Part shown: in pieces, positions 24,918 through 25,479 of the stretch
Numbering within the stretch: the first letter of the stretch is position 1
How the letters are laid out: each line of letters begins with the position of its first letter
Source of the DNA: a virus
Lineage: Duplodnaviria; Caudoviricetes
Virus record (IMG/VR): IMGVR_UViG_3300037847_002914
Span: 1 to 25,479 of that record
Strand: one strand, 5' to 3'
DNA length: 25,479 bases
Notes under the pieces: generated by a model
Database searches by the model: none
What the model was told of the DNA's origin: nothing
What the model saw: only the letters and a program-made list of their open reading frames with translations
Translations under genes and position numbers: made by a program

Positions 24918-25139
24918 TCAACCTCCTAGTACAAGATAGAATTTGGAATTGTCACTTGGGGTGTTCTCATAAATGGATGAGTCACCATAAGTTTTGTGAT
25001 CTTTGTATCCAACCATACGTCCCTTAGTGTTCTGCAGAGCAGGCATGAAGGCAATGAGGAAGAATACAGCAGGGGCACCAACTAAAAGGGCACCACCAAT
25101 TACATAATAAGTAAGGAGTTCAATCAAATCAGGTTGCAT
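24918..25139 (-). CDS. Hypothetical single-TM protein in the hli cluster
   Basis: 73 aa; TM segment YYVIGGALLVGAPAVFFLIAFM; starts 2 nt after the hli stop. Confidence 0.78.
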   Translation of the reverse strand: MQPDLIELLTYYVIGGALLVGAPAVFFLIAFMPALQNTKGRMVGYKDHKTYGDSSIYENTPSDNSKFYLVLGG

Positions 25140-25141
25140 AA

Positions 25142-25345
25142 TCAGAAGATACCGAAGAAGAAGTTACCGGTGATAGCGTAAGAGATGAAACCAGAAACGA
25201 TTCCCATCATTGCCCAGCGTCCGTTGTAAGTCTCTGCATATTGCTGAGGAGACTCAAGTCCCTTACGATTGTACTCTTCTACAACCATCTGTGGTTCACG
25301 AGCGAACAGATTATTCTGTCCGTACTCATTAGTCGTTACAGTCAT
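25142..25345 (-). CDS. hli: High-light inducible protein
   Basis: NLFAREP N-terminal motif and AETYNGRWAMMG chlorophyll-binding motif. Confidence 0.93.
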   Translation of the reverse strand: MTVTTNEYGQNNLFAREPQMVVEEYNRKGLESPQQYAETYNGRWAMMGIVSGFISYAITGNFFFGIF

Positions 25346-25371
25346 TTACCTAATGTTGTAAATCTTTACAT

Positions 25372-25400
25372 ATTATATAGCAAAAAAGCACCTCTGTCAA
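25372..25400 (-). promoter_or_regulatory. Consensus sigma70 promoter for the hli-petF block
   Basis: Minus strand TTGACA-GAGGTGCTTTTTTGCTA(17 nt)-TATAAT. Confidence 0.85.
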
Positions 25401-25408
25401 GAGGTGCT
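25382..25408 (-). terminator. Rho-independent terminator
   Basis: AGCACCTCT-TGAC-AGAGGTGCT (9-bp stem) followed by TTTTT. Confidence 0.82.
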
Positions 25409-25424
25409 GTGTAGTGATTTATAC

Positions 25425-25479
25425 TCAGTAGTCGTCTCCTTCAAGGATATCCTGACATTTCTCTGGGTTCTTTTCACAA
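25425..25479 (-). CDS. 3' end of an unidentified upstream gene
   Basis: Open frame ...CEKNPEKCQDILEGDDY* ending just before the terminator. Confidence 0.5.
   Translation of the reverse strand, partial: CEKNPEKCQDILEGDDY

Noticed and set aside
25425-25479. C-terminus CEKNPEKCQDILEGDDY as CP12
   Set aside because: The Cys spacing is C-x6-C rather than the C-x8-C of the CP12 C-terminal loop, and too little sequence is visible.

Overview
This window looks like a fragment of a T4-like marine cyanophage (Synechococcus/Prochlorococcus myovirus type). That assignment is inferred from gene content: PTOX, petE, petF, two hli genes, a lone tRNA-Pro, consensus sigma70 promoters and repeated CTAAATA late-promoter-like motifs. 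Every credible gene lies on the minus strand. Read in the direction of transcription (right to left), it holds five blocks. (1) An hli/petF photosynthesis block with several small ORFs the track missed. (2) Small hypothetical genes, tRNA-Pro(UGG) and a 2OG-Fe(II) oxygenase. (3) Two structured tandem-hairpin elements, one matching my recollection of the wcaG RNA motif. (4) A gap-free operon of about 17 kb (21200 to 3997) for glycan synthesis and decoration: a GDP-mannose 3,5-epimerase-like enzyme, two more SDR epimerases, three methyltransferases, a sulfotransferase, four GT11-like, GT2, GT2/GT7C, GT17, GT25 and GT47-like transferases, UDP-glucose dehydrogenase, an embedded NAD synthetase and an atypical peroxiredoxin. 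(5) A lysozyme-like, HExxH-protein and membrane-protein block followed by petE and PTOX. The most promising leads are the possible sulfated and methylated L-galactose/fucose glycan pathway, nadE inside that operon, the tandem-hairpin elements and the composite terminator-promoter elements. Family calls come from motif recognition by eye; no database searches were run.
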